Assembly (NCBI RefSeq): GCF_964194155.1
Contig: NC_135901.1
Coordinates: 33,914,001-33,978,000 of the forward strand
Direction of reading: 5' to 3'
Source: Cetorhinus maximus
Lineage: Eukaryota
DNA: 64,000 nucleotides
Under the pieces are notes generated by a model. It worked only from the letters and a program-made list of their open reading frames with translations, was not told the DNA's origin and did not search any database. The first letter of the stretch is position 1; every line of letters begins with the position of its first letter. Positions 23,216 to 35,629 of the stretch are shown piece after piece. Position numbers and translations under genes: made by a program.

Positions 23216-25075
23216 TGGGAATTGATGGAGAATCGAGAGTTCCCAAATGTTACCCCTCCCGCCTGATACAGAAATCCCCTTGGCACGGGAATGGAGACAA
23301 GTTCAATCCAAGTAACAGACTGGAAGAAGTCGCACTTAATAGCCTTATAAAATGTTGAGAGATTTATTGTATATTACTGAAACACTCTCTCTCTTACGAA
23401 GAAATCTTCCATAGCAGCTTGCTAACTGAGAAATGGAGGACAGGCCTGTTATCTCTACCAAGGACATGTCTCCAGCACAGGCCCTGAAACAAGACATTTC
23501 TAATCCTGATACGATTGGGTCTCATGACCCATCCGTAAATCAACTGTCTGTGTAAAGGTTAAAACAGGCTCTCGAGAGCACAGAGATTTTGACGTGATCC
23601 ATACTGGCTTCAGCCCAACACCACACTCTGGCTCACACCAGTTAACCATTCAGAGGAGACTGTCACCACCAACTACAAAGACCAGGACTCACTCTGCATT
23701 ATCCATCCGTTTGTCCTCCAGTTTTCATCTATCATGAGTCGTGTGTTTTTCGTGTCTGTTTAGCTTTGGCATCATACTTAAACTGTTGCTTCTCAATAAA
23801 CTACTTTAAAATCAATTCTGAACTCGATCCCCTTTTTAGGTAATCTGTGACTCCCGAACCAAAATCTTACATTTGGTGTTAGGAGTGGGATCACAGTGAT
23901 CAGGATCAAAGGCTTGAGAAGCAACAGTCTCAGTTAAACGTGAATGGAGAAGTTCCTCAGTGAAGCCAGGAGTACACAATGGCATTGACACATTACAGGG
24001 AGCGACTGATAGATAGTCTGACAGAGAAAACAGGCGGGCCGGGGGTGAGAGATATCATGGGGATTGGAGAAGAGTATGACTGGGATTACTTGTATATCCT
24101 CAATAGGATTTCTAAAGAGGGTCAGAAAGGACCAATTAAGATGAAGAACGTCCAGAATCAGTTAGAAAATATCCACAAGGTGGATGCAGGTGAACAGAGA
24201 GCTGGAGAATCTTTAAAGTCCGTGCATGAACTTTTGTTTGAACCAGATGTATTTACGATATGCCAATAATTTAGATTGTGTGAGATGATCGGCAGGTGGG
24301 GAGGATGAATCTAAGTCAATAGTTATCACATTTTAGTGGAAAAGTTTTGACATTTATTCTTGGTGGCAGCTCAATGGTTTGTGTTGCTGATTCTGAACAT
24401 TCTAGAAGCTTTAGTATGTTATCTACAGTTTGTCATCAAGAAATTAGGAAAACAAGCTCGTAGCATAGAAATAGTGAGGTTCGTCAGAAATCAGTTGTGA
24501 GAAGTCAATAAGGATATCCCCTTCTCAAGGTGGAGAGATCTGTGAGAAATCACTGTCCAATAACCGTATAAATTATATATAAATAATTATATTTATAATA
24601 TAACATAATAAATATATAAATAAGAAATGTATTGAATATCTCTTTCTCTCTTAAAGAAAGCTTCCTGGGTTGACAAACACAGGACAGTGAGAAAAAAACA
24701 AAAAACGACTGCGGATGCTGGAAATCCAAAACAAAAACAGAATTACCTGGAAAAACTCAGCAGGTCTGGCAGCATCAGCGGAGAAGAAAAGAGTCGACGT
24801 TTCGAGTCCACATGGCCCTTCAACAGAACTGAAGTTCTGTTGAAGGGTCATGAGGACTCGAAACGTCGACTCTTTTCTTCTCCGCTGATGCTGCCAGACC
24901 TGCTGAGTTTTTCCAGGTAATTCTGTTTTTGTACAGGACAGTGAGGCCTGTTTCTCTGCAAAGGACATGTCTCTGGCACAGACCCTGAAACAAGACAAGC
25001 TTGATAGGGTGGGGGGAACTCATGACCCATATGTAAACCAACTGTCTGAGTAAAGGGTAAACAGGATGTCCCAGC
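23216..25075 (+). mobile_element. Internally deleted ERV/LTR element: LTR (about 23216-23871), tRNA-Leu PBS, short internal piece, env-like 3' end, partial second LTR
   Basis: AATAAA at 23795, ...TTACA end at 23871, PBS TGGTGTTAGGAGTGGGAT at 23874-23891. 23385-23570 resembles 24640-25070. Confidence 0.7.
24692..24932. mobile_element. Fold-back Penelope pLTR mini-element with two hammerhead-like motifs and a 13-bp TSD
   Basis: Inverted arms of about 100 bp centred at 24831. TSD acaggacagtgag at 24679-24691 and 24933-24945. Confidence 0.9.
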
Positions 25076-25469
25076 AAGTGATGAGCCACAAAATGACTTC
25101 ATGGACTTCCAATGGAAAAAGGAGGGGTTACCTTGAATACCTGTCCCTTCTTAATGGACAATTGAATAAGTGATTGACCTGAGACCCCCCCCCCGCCAGA
25201 AATAAGGTACATAAACTGGCTTTCGAGAGAGAAAATAACGTCAGACAGTAAAGAGCTTCTTGAAGTGATCCATCCACATGCTCCTGTTCACTGGAAATGT
25301 GAGAGACAAGATTGTAGATGTGGCCTAATGTACAATGAATGATGAGTTCAATAGTGGAAAGTTCCACTCAAGCCCCTGAACCAACAGACAGAGAGTCTGT
25401 TGCCATGGCCACTGAGTGCGCTCTGTACATGTGCGAACCCCGAACTTGTGCAGAGCGATCAGTCGAAAT

Positions 25470-26060
25470 CAGTTTGGAAAGTTACGATTGGATCTGCTTC
25501 CACCTGTCATTCAGACACTGTGTTCCAGATCATCAGAACTCACTGAGCAAAATAATCTCTCCTCATCTCCATCCTGGATTATTTGCCAATTATTTTAAAG
25601 CTGTGTTCTGTGGTTACCAACCATCCTGCCAGTGAAAACAATTTCTCCCTGTGCAGATGAAAACTCCTCAAAAACATCCACACCTCCATTAAATCACCCC
25701 TTAACCTTCTCTGCTCTAAAGAGAATAATCCCAGCTTCTCCAGTCTCTCCACCAAACTGAAACCCCTCATTGCTGACACTATTCTGGGAATTTTTCCCCA
25801 CACCCTCTTCAAGGCCTCGACATTTTTCTTAAAGTGTGGTGCTCAGAACTGAACATAATATTTCAGCTGAGGAATAATCGGTGATTTATAAAGATTCAGG
25901 ATAACTTGCTTGCTTTTGTACTCCATGTCTCCATGAATAAACCAAAGACCCCATTAGCTTTTTATTAAACAGCTTGGTCACACTGTTCCTGCACTCTGTT
26001 TAAAATTGCACCATTTAGTTCCTACTGCCTCTCCTCATTCTTAGTTTCAAAATACATCAT
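25470..26060 (-). mobile_element. CR1 ORF2 3' fragment
   Basis: ERLEKLGLFSLEQRRLRGDLMEV (ORF 25579-25812). Confidence 0.8.
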
Positions 26061-26349
26061 TGACTTGTGAATCACTTTGGGATGTTCTGAGGGTGTGAAA
26101 GGTGATAAATAAACACAAGAACTTTCTTTCTCTTCTACAGCTTATTTGAAGTTGTAGATTTTGCTTCAAAGATTAAATTGGGTTTTATATTCAAATTTAA
26201 CTATTGTACTGCAGAAATAACTTCAGCTGGGAGTCAGTGAATTAAGAGGCAAGAGCTCAGATAACAGTTCTTCAAGGTACACTGCAGACCCGACAGCTCA
26301 ATCAGCTCCACTCTCAGCTCAGGAGAGCTCTACAACTCCACATACTGTC

Positions 26350-26480
26350 CACAGGGGAGTTCTCCTGGTGCAGTGGGACCAACATTCGTGCTTTAACTAA
26401 CACTACCAAAAAAAAACACAATTAATCAGTTACTTGTGTGATTGTTGTTTGTGGAATCTTACTTTGCGCATCTGGCTGTC
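26350..26480 (+). mobile_element. Old SINE core fragment (Deu-domain/SacSINE1-like)
   Basis: gagttctcctggtg...ccaacatt...tgattgttgtttgtggaatctt..tgcgca..tggctg resembles the recalled consensus. The copy is heavily diverged. Confidence 0.4.
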
Positions 26481-26484
26481 ATGA

Positions 26485-28785
26485 AACAGAAACAACTTGT
26501 CTTTATCTGACATGTTTAATGTAATAAAACATCCCAAGATGCTACGGAGGAGGTTCATCAAGAAAAACTTGACACCAAGTCACAGAGGGCGATATTATGG
26601 TAAATGGACAAAATTGATTGGAGAGGCAGATTTTAACCAGCATTTTTAATCAGGAGAGCGAGCTGGAGGGGGTGGAGAGGTTTATGGAGGTAATTTCAGA
26701 GCTTCACACCAAGGCACAGCCGCCAATGGTGGAGTAATTAAAATCAGGGATGTTCAAGAAGCCAGAATATCTCAGAGGGTGAGAGCACAGATATCTCAGA
26801 GGGTGAGCGACTGGAGGTTACAGAGATAGGGAAGGACGAGGCCATGGAGGGATTTGTAAACAAGGATGTGAATTTTAAAATGGAGGCATTGCTTGACCAG
26901 GAGCCAATGTAGGTCAGACAGCATGGAGGTGATGAGTGAAGGGGACTTGGCATGAGAAAGCTCATGGACAGCAGAGTTTTGGATGATCTCACGTTTCCGT
27001 GTAGGGGTGGGGTGAATGTGAGAGGCCGGCCAGGAATGTATTGGAATCATCAGGTCTAAAGGTAACATGGGTATGGATGAGGGTTTGAGCAGCAGATGAG
27101 CTGGGGTGGGGTAGAGACAGACGACGTTATGGAGATTGAAATATCTGGTGTTAGTGATGGTGTGGATATGTGGTCAGAAACTTATCTTGGGGTCAAATAT
27201 GACACCAAGATTGTGAACAGTGTGGTTCAGTCTCAGACAGTTCCCAGGGAGAGGGATGGACTTGGTAGTTAGGGAACAGAATTTGCAGTGGTGACCAAAG
27301 ACAATGACTTTGGTCTTCCCAATTTTTAATTGGAGGAAATTTCTGCTCATCCAGTACTGGATGTGGGATAAGCAGTTGGATAATTTAGTACCAGTGGAGG
27401 AATGGAGAGGGATGGTGGTGAGGTAGAGCTGGGTATTGTCAGTGTACATGTGAAAACTAACATAGTGCTTTTGGATGATGTCACCTAGTGGCAACATGTA
27501 GATGAGAAATAGGAGGGGCCAAGGATAGATCCTTGGGGGACACCAAGTGCAAGGACTTTGAAGAGGAAAAGGAGGTTCGAGAGGTGTGAGGTGATGCATT
27601 TGGGTGGACTAACAAGGCAAGGGCGTACACGATGAATGGTAGGACCCTCGGAAGTACAGAGCAACAGAGGGACCTTGGTGTGCATGTCCATAGATCCTTG
27701 AAGGCAGCAGGACAGGTAGATAAGGTGGTCAAGAAGGAATATGGGATACTTGCCTTTATTGCCTGAGGCATAGAATATAAGAGCAGGGAGGTTATCCTGG
27801 AACTGTACAAAACACTGGTGAGGTCACATCTGTACCACTGTGTGCAGTTCTGGTCACCACACTAAGGGAAGGATGTGATTGCACTGGAGATGGTGCAGAG
27901 GAGATTTACCAGGATGTTGCCTTCTTCAGCTATGAAGAGAGACTAGATAGGCTGGGGTTGTTTTCCTTAGAGCGGAGAAGGCTGAGGGGGGACCTGATAT
28001 ATGAAGTATACAAGATTATGAGGGGCATTGATAGAGTAGATAGGAAGAAACTTCTCCCCTTAGAGGGGCTAGAGAGTTGAGGTAAGGGGCAGGAGGTTTA
28101 TCGGGATTTGAGGAATTTTTTTTTCACCCAGAGGGTGAGGGGTATCTGGAACTCACTGCCTGAAAGGGTGGGAGAGGCAGGAACCCTCACAACATATAAG
28201 AAGCATTTAGATGAGCACTTGAAACGCCATAGCATACAAGACGACAGGCTAAGTGCTGGAAAATGGGATTGGAGTAGATAGGGGCTTCATGACTGGTGCA
28301 GAAACGATGGTGAAGAGCCTCTTTCCATGCAGTCAAACTCCATGACTCTATGGGGTGGTAGTTTGCAAAGGTTGCTTTTTTTTTTAGGATGGGTGTTGAC
28401 AGTGGGTTTAAAACTGGGAGGGACAGTACCAAAAGAGAAAGAAAATGATTGACAATATCAGCTAACATGGAGAAGTTGGATGGTCCGCAGTTTAGTGAGC
28501 ATAAGGTTAAGGGAGCAGAAGATCAAGATGAGCACTGAGAGGGCATGAGGAGAGATAGGAGAGAAACTGGAGAGAGATGATAGTTCAGGGCTCAGACAAG
28601 GAGGAATTTTAGAGATAGTTTGTCCCCGTGGGCTAGTGGAAGGGAGGGAAGCAGCAGAGGCAGCTGATCAGAATCTTAGTGAGAAAGAAGCTCCATGAGC
28701 TCCTCACACTTGTTGTTGGAGGTGAGGATGGAGGAGACAGGGGAGAGGGAGAGCCCTTCAAAAGGAACTAACTTGCGTTTGAGAT
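26485..28785 (-). mobile_element. L2 LINE RT and 3' region, interrupted by a CR1 fragment
   Basis: [25 protein letters not shown] (27174-27599) and LHWL (26796-27068). L2 sequence resumes at 28355-28785. Confidence 0.8.
27575..28350 (+). mobile_element. CR1 3' fragment nested in the L2
   Basis: CEVMHLG..RDLGV..YKSREVILELYKTLVR-type coding sequence and a tail ending catgactctatg. Confidence 0.85.
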
Positions 28786-28884
28786 ATTAAAAACATTTGA
28801 CACAGTGTATTTCACACAAAGCTGATGTATTTACCCCAATGAACAGGGTCCAGTCCTGGATGTGATCAACAGCAATCACTGTAG

Positions 28885-29137
28885 TTACTTGTGAGTTTTC
28901 TGGTGTCTCAGCAGGTCGGATGACTGAGTGAATCCCTTCCCACACACGGAGCAGGTGAATGGTCTCTCCCCAGTGTGAATGCGCTGGCGTACAGCGAGTT
29001 GAGATGAATGCCTGAACCCAGTCCCACAGTGAGAGCACCTGAATGGTCTCTCATCAGTGTGAACACGTTGATGGGACATCAGTTCCCTAGAACTTTTATA
29101 GCACTTTCCACAGTCTGGGCATTTAAAAGGTCTCTCA
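28885..29137 (-). pseudogene. 3' part (last 3 fingers) of the ZNF gene split by the CR1 at 29139-33510
   Basis: [19 protein letters not shown], continuing the array that breaks off at 33511. Confidence 0.85.
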
Positions 29138-29138
29138 T

Positions 29139-32100
29139 TAGTCATAGAGTCATAGAGGTCTACAGCACAGAAAAAGGCCCTTTGGCCCATTGAGTCTGCA
29201 CCAGTCAAACAAGTACCTAACTATTCTAATCCCATTTCCCAGCACTAGGCCCATAGCCTTGTGTGCCACGGCATCGCAAGTGCACATCCAAATACTTCTT
29301 AAATGTTATGAGGGTTTCTGCCTCTACCACCCTTTCAGACAGTGAGTTCCAGATTCCCACCACCCTCTGGGCGAAAAAATTCTTCCTCACATCCCCTCTG
29401 AACCTCTTGCCCCTTACCTTAAATCTCTGCTCTCTGGTTATTGATCCTTCCACCAAGGGGAAAAGTTCCTTCCTGCCTACCCTATCTATGCCCCTCATAA
29501 TTTTATACACATCAATCATGTCCCCTCTCAATCTCCTCTGCTCCAGGGAAAGTAACCCAGTCTATCCAATCTCTCCTCATAACTAAAACTCTACAGCCCA
29601 GGCAACATCCTGGTAAATCACCTCTTCACTCTCTCTCGTGCAATCACATCCTTCCTATAATGTGGATTCCAGAACTGCGCACAATAGTGTAGCTGTGGCC
29701 TAACCAGTGTTTTGTACAGTTCCAAGATAACCTCCCTGCTCTTATATTCTATACCTCGGCCAATAAAGGCAAGTATCCCATCTGCCTTCTCAACCACCTT
29801 ATCTAACTCTCGCTACCTTAAGGGACCGGTGGACATGCACACCGAGGTCCCTCTGATCCTCGGTACTTCCCAGGGTCCTACCATTCATCGTGTATTCCCG
29901 TGCCTTGTTTGTCCTGCCCTGCCCAAGTGCATCACCTCACTTATCCAGATTAAATTCCATTTGCCACTGATCAGCCCGTCCATATCCTCCTGTAATCTAA
30001 GGCTATCCTCCTCACTATTTGCCACCCCATCAATTTTCATGTCATCTGCAAACTTACTGATCAACCCTCCTACATTCAAGTCTAAATAATTTATATATAT
30101 ACCACAAACAGCAAGGGACCCAACACCGATCCCCGTGCAACTCCACTGGACACAGGCATTCAGTCACAAAAACAATCCTCGACCATCACCCTCTGCTTCC
30201 TGCCACTCAGCCAATTCTGGATCCAATTTGCCAAATTGCCTTGGGTCCCATAGGCTCTTACCTTCATTATCAATCTCCCATGCAGGACCTTATCAAAAGC
30301 CTTGCTGAAGTCCAAGTAGACTACGTCAAATGCATTGCCCTCATCTACACACCTGGTCACCTCTTCGAAAAATTCAATCAAATTGGTCAGACATGACCTC
30401 CCTTTAACAAAACCATGCTGACTGTCCTTGATTAATTCTTGACTCTCCAAGTGTAGATTAATTCTGTCCCTCAGAATTGCTTCCAATAGTTTCCCCACCA
30501 CTGAGGTTAGACTGACTGGCCTCTAGTTCCCTGGTTTATCCCTTCCTCCCTTCCTGAATAACTGTACCACATTGGCTGTCCTCCAGCCCTCTGGCACCTC
30601 TCCTGTGGCCAGAGACATATTGAAAATCATTGCCAGCACCCCTGTTATCTCCTCCCTTGCCTCATTCAACAGCCTGGGCTACATTTCATCCGGGCCTGGA
30701 GATTTCAGCCTGCCAGACCACTTAGAACCTCCTCCCTTTCTTTACTAATTTCTTGAATTATATCACAGTCCTTTTGCCTGATTTCCATACCCACGTTGTC
30801 CCTCTCACTTGTGGACACTGACACAATTCATTTAGAACTCTACCTACATCTTCCGGCTCCTCACACAAATTACCATTCTGGTCCTTAATGGGCACTATTC
30901 TTTCCCTCTTACTCTTAATGTACTTGTAAAATAACTTTGGATTTTCATTTATTTTACCTGCCAATGTTTTTTCGTGCCCCCCTTTTGCTCTCCAAATTTC
31001 GTTTTGAAGATCCCCCCTACACATTCTATACTCCTCTAGGGCTTCCGCTGTTTTGAGCCCTCAGTATCTGCCACAAGCCTCCTTTTCCAATCCTGTATAT
31101 CCCTCGACATCCAGTGTTCCCTGGATTTGTTGGTCCCTCCCTTTGTCTTTACTGGAATATGTTGGCCCTGTACTCTCCCTATTTCCTTCTGGAATGAGTC
31201 CCACTGCTCTGACGCAGATTTACCTAAAAGTAGCTGCTCCCAGTCCACTCTGGCCAAATCATATCTGATCTTATTAAAATTGGCCTTCCCCCAATTTAGA
31301 ACTCTGATTTCTGGCCCATCCTTGTCCTTTTCCATAACAACCTTGAATCTAACGGAGTTATGATCACTATCTGCAAAATGCTCCCCCACTGATACCTCTA
31401 CCACTTGCCCAGCTTCATTCCCTAAAATTAAGTCCAGGACCGCCTCTTCTCTTGCAGGACCTTCTACATACTGGCTTAAAAAGCTCTCCTGGGTGCATTT
31501 TAAGAATTCCGCTCCCTCTAAACCTATCACGCTATGACTAACCCAGTTAATGTTGGGCAAGTTGAAATCCCCCACTATTACTACCCTGTTATTTTTACAT
31601 TTCTCTGAAATTTGCCTGCATATCTGCTCTTCTATTTCTCTCTGACTGTTTGGGGGCCTATAGTACACTCCCAGCAATATGATTGCTCCTTTTTTGTTTT
31701 TCAGTTCTACCCATACGGCTTCATTTGAGGAGCCTTCTAGGATGTCATCCCTCCTTACTGCTGTAATTGATTCCCTGATCAATATTGCGATTTTCCCTCC
31801 TCTTTTACCTCCTTCCCTGTCTTACCTGAAGACCCTATATTGGAATATTGAGCTGCCAATCCTGTGCCTCTCTCAACCATGTCTCTGTGACAGCAATGAC
31901 ATCATACTTCCATGTGTTAATTTGTGCCCTCAACTCATCTGCCTTATTTGTCAGACTCCTTGCATTAAAACAAATACCATCCAACCTTGCCAAATTCCCT
32001 TGTGCTTTAACTGGCCTATAATTTCTAGGTCTTCCAGGCTTTCTTGCTCTCTCTTCTAATTTTGGCTGTGCATCTCCCCCTGCTGAACCTCCTCTCAGGA

Positions 32101-33510
32101 TCCCACCCCCCTGCCAAGTTAGTTTAAACCCTCCCCAACAGCACTAGCAAACCTCCCCGCAAGGATGTTGGTCCCAGTCTGGTTCAAGTGCAACCCGTCC
32201 ACCTTGTACAGGTCCCACTCTCCTCAGGAATAGTCCCAATGTCCCAGAAATCTAAAGCGCTCCCTCCTGCACCATCTCTCCAGCTAGGCATTCATCTGGA
32301 CTAACCTATTTCTATACTCACTAGCGCGTGGTACCGGAAGTAATCCAGAGATGACTACCTTTGAGGTCCTCTTTTTTAATCTGTTTCCTATCTCCCTAAA
32401 TTCTTCCTGCAGGACCTCATCCCTCTTTCTACCTATGTCATTGGTACCAATATGTACCACGATCTCTCTCTGTTTGCCCTCCCACTTTAGAATGCCCTGC
32501 AGCCATTCAGTGACATCCTTGACCCTAGTACCAGGGAGGCAACATACCATCCTGGAGTCACGTCCATGGCCACAAAAACGCCTGTCTGTTCCCCTGACTA
32601 TCAAGTCTCCGACCACTATTGCTCTTCCCCTCTTTTTCCTCCCCCCCCTCCCCCTCCCCCTCCCCATGCAGCCGAGCATCTCACAGTGCCATGAGTGGCT
32701 GCACTCCCCAGAGGAACCGTCACTCTCACCGTTTTCCAACACAGAGAAACAGTTCTCCAGCAAGATGCACCCCGGGGATTTCCTGACTACCTGCCTGACA
32801 CCTTTCTTCTGACCGATGGTCACCCATTCCCTCTCTGTCTGCACTTCCATAAGCTGTGGGGTGACCACGTCTAAAAACATGCTATCCACGAAATTCTCAG
32901 CCTCGCGGATGCACCTCAGAGCCTCCAGCTGCCGCTCAAGCTCCGAAACCCGGAGCTCAAGTAGCTGCAACTGGTGGCACTTCCTGCACACGTGGTCAGT
33001 CAGAGCGCAAGGAGCGACTAGGGCTTCCCACATGTTGCAGGCAGTACATAACACGGGACTGAGCTGCCCAGCTATGCCTCTAGTTGAAAAAAAACCCCTT
33101 ACTTTAAGTTAAATACAGTAAAAAAACGTTAAATTATTTATGTAATTTAAATAAAAACTAGAACTCTTACCTTTTCTTAGCTTAATCTATTTTAAATTGG
33201 AGAAAAACTGGAGAAAACCACTCACCCACTACTCATCAATCAGCTATCACCTTTGTGCTGATGTCACTTTTTGAAGCTTCCTTGCAGTTACGCTGGTTCT
33301 GATCTCTCCGCTGCTCTCTCATGCTGTCTTGTGATGTCACTCTTGTTATTTTCAACAAGAACTGACTGCAGGACACTCTTTCCAGACTGCTTCACCGCGA
33401 TGCTGACTGCAGGACACTCTTCCCAGACCGCTTCACTGCGATGCTGATTGCAGGACACTCTTCCCAGGCCGCTTTACCACGATGCTGACTGCAGGACACT
33501 TTTCCCAGAC
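29139..33510 (-). mobile_element. Near-full-length CR1 LINE (ORF1 zinc-finger/coiled-coil/SGNH esterase; ORF2 APE-RT frameshifted)
   Basis: ORF1 32284-33054 (CTACNMW..CRKC, VVGD.IVRG, HIGTND). ORF2 pieces 31036-31782 (YYRPP, GDFN, SDHN), 30160-30501 (YLDFSKAFD), 29885-30079 (FADD) and 29226-29531. (ctatgact)n tail. Confidence 0.95.
33362..33510. repeat. 41-bp tandem repeat (about 3.6 copies) at the CR1 5' end
   Basis: Unit gactgcaggacactctttccagactgcttcaccgcgatgct, starts at 33364 and 33405. Confidence 0.9.
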
Positions 33511-34352
33511 TTCCCAGTGTGAACTCGCTGGTGCTTCTGCAGGCTGATTGGATGAATGAGTTAATCTCTTCGCACACTCGGAGCAGATGAACAGGCTCTC
33601 CCCAGTGTGAGTGCGCTGATGTTCACTGAGGTCAGATATCGCTTGAGCCCAGTCCCACAGTGGGAGCACCTCTCGTCAGTGTGAACACATTGATGGGGCA
33701 TCAATTCCTGGGAACGTTTGAAGCATTTCCCACAGTCTGGGCATTGAAAAGGTCTCTTGTCAGAGTGAACTCGCTGGTGTATCTGCAGGGTAGTTGAACT
33801 ACTGAATTGCATCCCACACTCAGAGCTGGTGAATGGCTTCTCCCCGGTGTGAACTCGCTGGTGTTTCTGCAGGGTGCATAACTGACTGAATCCCTTCCCA
33901 CACTCAGAGCAGGTGAATAGGCTCTCTCCAGTGTGAACTCGCTGATGTGTCAGAAGGTTGAAAGACCGGGCGAATGCCATCCCACACTCGGAACAGAGGA
34001 ACAGTCTCTCCCCAGTGTGATGGCGCTGATGTACAATGAGGTGACATGAAGCCTTGAACCCGCTCCCACAGAGAGAGCACCTGAATGGTCTCTCATCAGT
34101 GTGAACACGTTGATGGGACATCAGTTCCTGAGAACTTTTATAGCACTTCCCACATTCTGGGCATTTGGAGCAGGTAAACGGTCTCTCTCCAGTGTGACTG
34201 CGCCAATGAATTTCCAGCTGGGATGGGTAACTGAATCCCTTCCCACAGTCCCCACATTTCCACAGTTTCCTCCCAGTGTGAACAGTGCTTTTTCCTTCCA
34301 TGTTCAAAGGCTGATGATCTTCAGGTCGCGATGAATCCAAAGACTCTGTCAA
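33511..34352 (-). pseudogene. 5' part of a C2H2 ZNF gene (MEGKSTVH type), frameshifted and CR1-disrupted
   Basis: ORF 33561-34352 contains multiple fingers, small deletions and a frameshift near 33650. Confidence 0.85.
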
Positions 34353-35063
34353 ATCCTAATCTGTTGTGTTGTTTCAGCTTCCCAACTGCAAATCCTCCCC
34401 TTCCAATACCCTGTGAAATTGATTTAAAACAGAAAAAAGGGAGTGAGAGAGAACCCACAAAAACACAAAGGCAGGTTGTGAAATTGAGCTGAATGAATCC
34501 GGTAATTTGTGGGGCCGGCAAGAGGAAAAAATTACCATGAAAACTGCTGGATTGTCGTAAAAATCCAACTGGTTCACTAATGTCCTTCAGGAAAGGGAAC
34601 CTGCCACCTGGTCTGGGCCTATGCAAAACTTTGGCCCACAAAGGAGGAGAGGGAGAGAGAAGAAGAGAGAGAGGGGGGGTGGGAGAAGCAGAGGGATTTC
34701 ATGTATCTACAGCTTGACCAGAACTCTGACAGAATCGCCTGAACACAACCTCCACCGCTTAGCAGGACCAAGGTTGCAGGTGTATGCGAATGCCATCACC
34801 TCCACGTTCACCGACGAGACACATGGCAATATAGTTCCAAGTCAGGATAGTGTGTGACTGGAAGGGGAACTTGCAGGTGGTGGCGTTCCCATGCGTCTGC
34901 TGCCCATGTCCATCTCAGTGTTAAAGGTTGCGGGTTTGGAAGGTGCTGCTCAAGGAGCCTTGGTGCGTTGCTGCAGTGCATCTTGTAGATGGTATACACT
35001 CCTGACACTGTGGTTGGAGAAACTGGGGTTGTTCTCCTTGAAGCCAAGTAGATTGAAGGGAGA

Positions 35064-35313
35064 CAAAAACAAAAATAGCTGGAAAAACTCAGCAGGTCTG
35101 ACAGCATCTGCGGAGAGGAACACAGTTAATGTTTCGAGTCCGTGTGACTCTTCACCAGAAGAGTTCTGAGAACTCTCCCAGTTCTGATGAAGAGTCATAC
35201 GGACTCGAAACGTTAACTGTATCCCTCTCCGCAGATGCTGTCAGACCTGCTGAGTTTTTCCAGCTATTTTTGTTTTTGTTTCAGATTTCCAGCATCGGCA
35301 GTATTTTGCTTTT
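35064..35313. mobile_element. Fold-back Penelope pLTR mini-element with a 14-bp TSD, inserted in a CR1 fragment
   Basis: Inverted arms. TSD agattgaagggaga at 35050-35063 and aggttgaagggaga at 35314-35327. Confidence 0.9.
35179..35219 (+). ncRNA. Minimal type-I hammerhead ribozyme motif (intact)
   Basis: cagtt-CTGATGA-a-GAGTC-atacg-GACTC-GAA-ACGT-T-aactg: 5-bp helix I, 5-bp helix II and palindromic helix III. Confidence 0.85.
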
Positions 35314-35629
35314 AGGTTGAAGGGAGATTTGATCGAGCTGTGCTAATAGTTAATAATAAGTTTAGATAAGGAAAGCAGTTTGCAATTGCTGAAATTAAAA
35401 GGATTACAAGACACAGATTTGGTGCAAGATCTACAAGGGGGGGGGATGTGAAGAAGAAATTTTACACAGTGAGTGGTAATGACCTGGAACTTACACTCAG
35501 AGGCTGATAATGTCCAGGTCCTGATGGGTGGAGTGATTCAGTCAGGTTTTGATGTGATGTTTGGTTGGAGTTTCCTGTCTGAGAATCCCGCTGTAATATC
35601 CTGCAGAAAGTGAACAAGAGGCATTACTG

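Noticed and set aside
24692-24932. Long hairpins as miRNA precursors or DNA-transposon MITEs
   Set aside because: The arms match the 3' end of the GIY-YIG-coding Penelope copy at 8599-9381, are of unequal length, and carry hammerhead motifs.
28885-29208. 107-aa CR1-ZNF fusion ORF as a new gene
   Set aside because: The start lies within the CR1 tail, there is no promoter evidence, and one finger lacks a His.
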